This document shows positions 62,467-64,000 of a DNA stretch of 64,000 bases, in pieces (the stretch's first letter is position 1; every line of letters begins with the position of its first letter). The notes beneath the pieces are model-generated. The model saw only the letters and a list, made by a program, of their open reading frames with translations, had not been told where the DNA came from and searched no databases. The position numbers and the translations under genes were made by a program. Source of the stretch: Mobula hypostoma (lineage: Eukaryota); assembly GCF_963921235.1 (NCBI RefSeq), contig NC_086097.1, forward strand, positions 242,980,001 to 243,044,000. The letters run 5' to 3'.

Positions 62467-63459
62467 CAATCACACACATACATAAACACACACACACCTA
62501 AACTCACACACACACACACATACACAACCACACAGACAGACACACACACACACACGCACACATGAGGAACTCAGCAGTTCAGGTAGCATCTACAAGGGGG
62601 AATAAACAGCCGACATTTCTGGCCGAGACCCTTCAGCATCCAACGTGTGCACAATCTCCTGTGTCTATGAATTACTTAAAACACAAAACATAATTTTCAA
62701 GCAATTGTGAAAAACATCTTGGCATGAATGCCATCGATGTATGAAGTTTTACACAGTTAAGTGTTAACTTGAGAACAAATAAAGGCAGACAAAATATAAT
62801 TTTGTTTACGCTTCATAAACACGACAAACGACATTCTTCTCATGCAAATAGTTGCATGTGATAGCCTCTTGAAACTTGTATGGTTTGCAGTTTCAGAAAG
62901 GATATGCAATGCAATCTATATTCATCTCAATGAAACATTTGTTTGAATTTAGAAGAGTTATTGGAAATGTAAATACAGGAAGCTCTGGGTGTTTAAATCA
63001 GCTGAGCCCCATCTTTAACCATATAGTCCATTCCCCGCAGGACACAGCTCCACAAGCAGTCCCTGGTGAGGGTTTCTAATATCACCATTCTGCACAGGGA
63101 ATTCTAAACCCATCCATTTCATCCAGTTCCTGCAATGTGACTAAGCTTCTTGTGAAGTCAGACCATTGGTTCAGCGATCAGACTTTTAGTTGAAAGTATG
63201 CTAAAATGGACCCTTTAGTAGACCGTCCATTACTCCATTAACAAATACATAGTTCACGCTGTCATTCGAGATTGGAGATGGAGAGCTGTGGTTCATGTCT
63301 CTGCAAACATTCAGTGGTTGCGCTGTAGTTCTACAATTAGAAACAGCGATGGAAAGTTTATCTTTTAGGCCTCATCAATGTCAGTTTGTGTGACAAGCTT
63401 CAGAGTGACTCTTTCTGCCTTCCCCTAACTGGAATTCAGAAGAATAAGGGGAGTGGTGG

Positions 63460-63830
63460 GATCTCATTGAAAGGCCTCGATATAATGGATGCGGAGAGAA
63501 TGGTGGGGAACTCTAGGACCAGAGGACACAGCCTCAGAAAGGAGGTATGTCCTCTTAAAACAGAGATGAGGAGGAATTTCTTTAGTCAGAGGGTGGTGAA
63601 TCAGTGGAATTCGCTGCCACAGGCAGTTGTGGAGGCAAGTCATTGGGTATATTAAATTCAGAGGTTGATAGATTCTTGATTAGTCAGAGCATGAAGGGGT
63701 ACAGAGGCAGGGAGGGCATGAAGGCAGGGGATTGAGGCTGAGAGGGAAATGGAGCAGCCATGATGAAATGGCAGAGCAGACTCGATGGGCTGAATGGCCT
63801 AATTCTGCTAATATACCTTATGGTTTTAAC
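63460..63830 (+). mobile_element. CR1 3' fragment
   Basis: SRTRGHSLR...RNFFSQRVVNQWNSLPQ, plus tail. Confidence 0.8.
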
Positions 63831-64000
63831 CTCACAATCAATCTCGTTATGATCTTGTACCTTAATGACTACCTGCTCTGCACTCTCACAGTAACTGCTG
63901 CACTTTATTCAGATTCAGATTAATGTATTTATCGCAGGTGCATTGAAACATACAGTGACACACACAAGATGCTGGAGGAACTCGGCAAGGCAGGCAGCAT

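Noticed and set aside
1..64000. CRISPR array, prokaryotic operon, or SAMD12-type TTTTA/TTTCA repeat expansion
   Set aside because: No regularly spaced repeats or operon-like ORFs. The human pentanucleotide locus is in a later intron, and no such array is seen here.

Overview
Vertebrate genomic DNA, most likely a cartilaginous fish (ray/shark), inferred from HE1/V-SINE-like and CR1 repeat families. Nearly the whole window is the ~58 kb first intron of a minus-strand SAMD12 gene. Coding exon 1 (ATGGCTGTTGAAG, 58544-58556) sits in a CpG island and splices in phase to exon 2 (305-480), giving MAVEAVHCNNQNGVEH...ETESVK. The rest is mostly decayed transposons: CR1, Rex1/Babar, Penelope-like, HERO-like and RTE-like LINE fragments, Gypsy pol, a solo LTR, a Tigger, Tc1 and hAT MITEs, and several SINE families. 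Most long ORFs in the supplied track are retroelement remnants. Four things stand out. (1) A 567-bp non-coding retroelement with a 12-bp TSD begins with an HDV-like ribozyme fold that has an unusual hairpin inserted in L3. (2) Penelope-derived minimal hammerhead motifs occur throughout, including ~220-bp fold-back insertions, and three Penelope-type insertions have 14-bp TSDs. (3) The SAMD12 leader has a chain of uORFs joined by two UAAUG stop-start overlaps that ends on the main AUG. (4) The HERO-like fragment has a multi-pseudoknot 3' UTR. Repeat boundaries are approximate unless TSDs or TIRs are given. Family names come from recalled motifs, not database searches.
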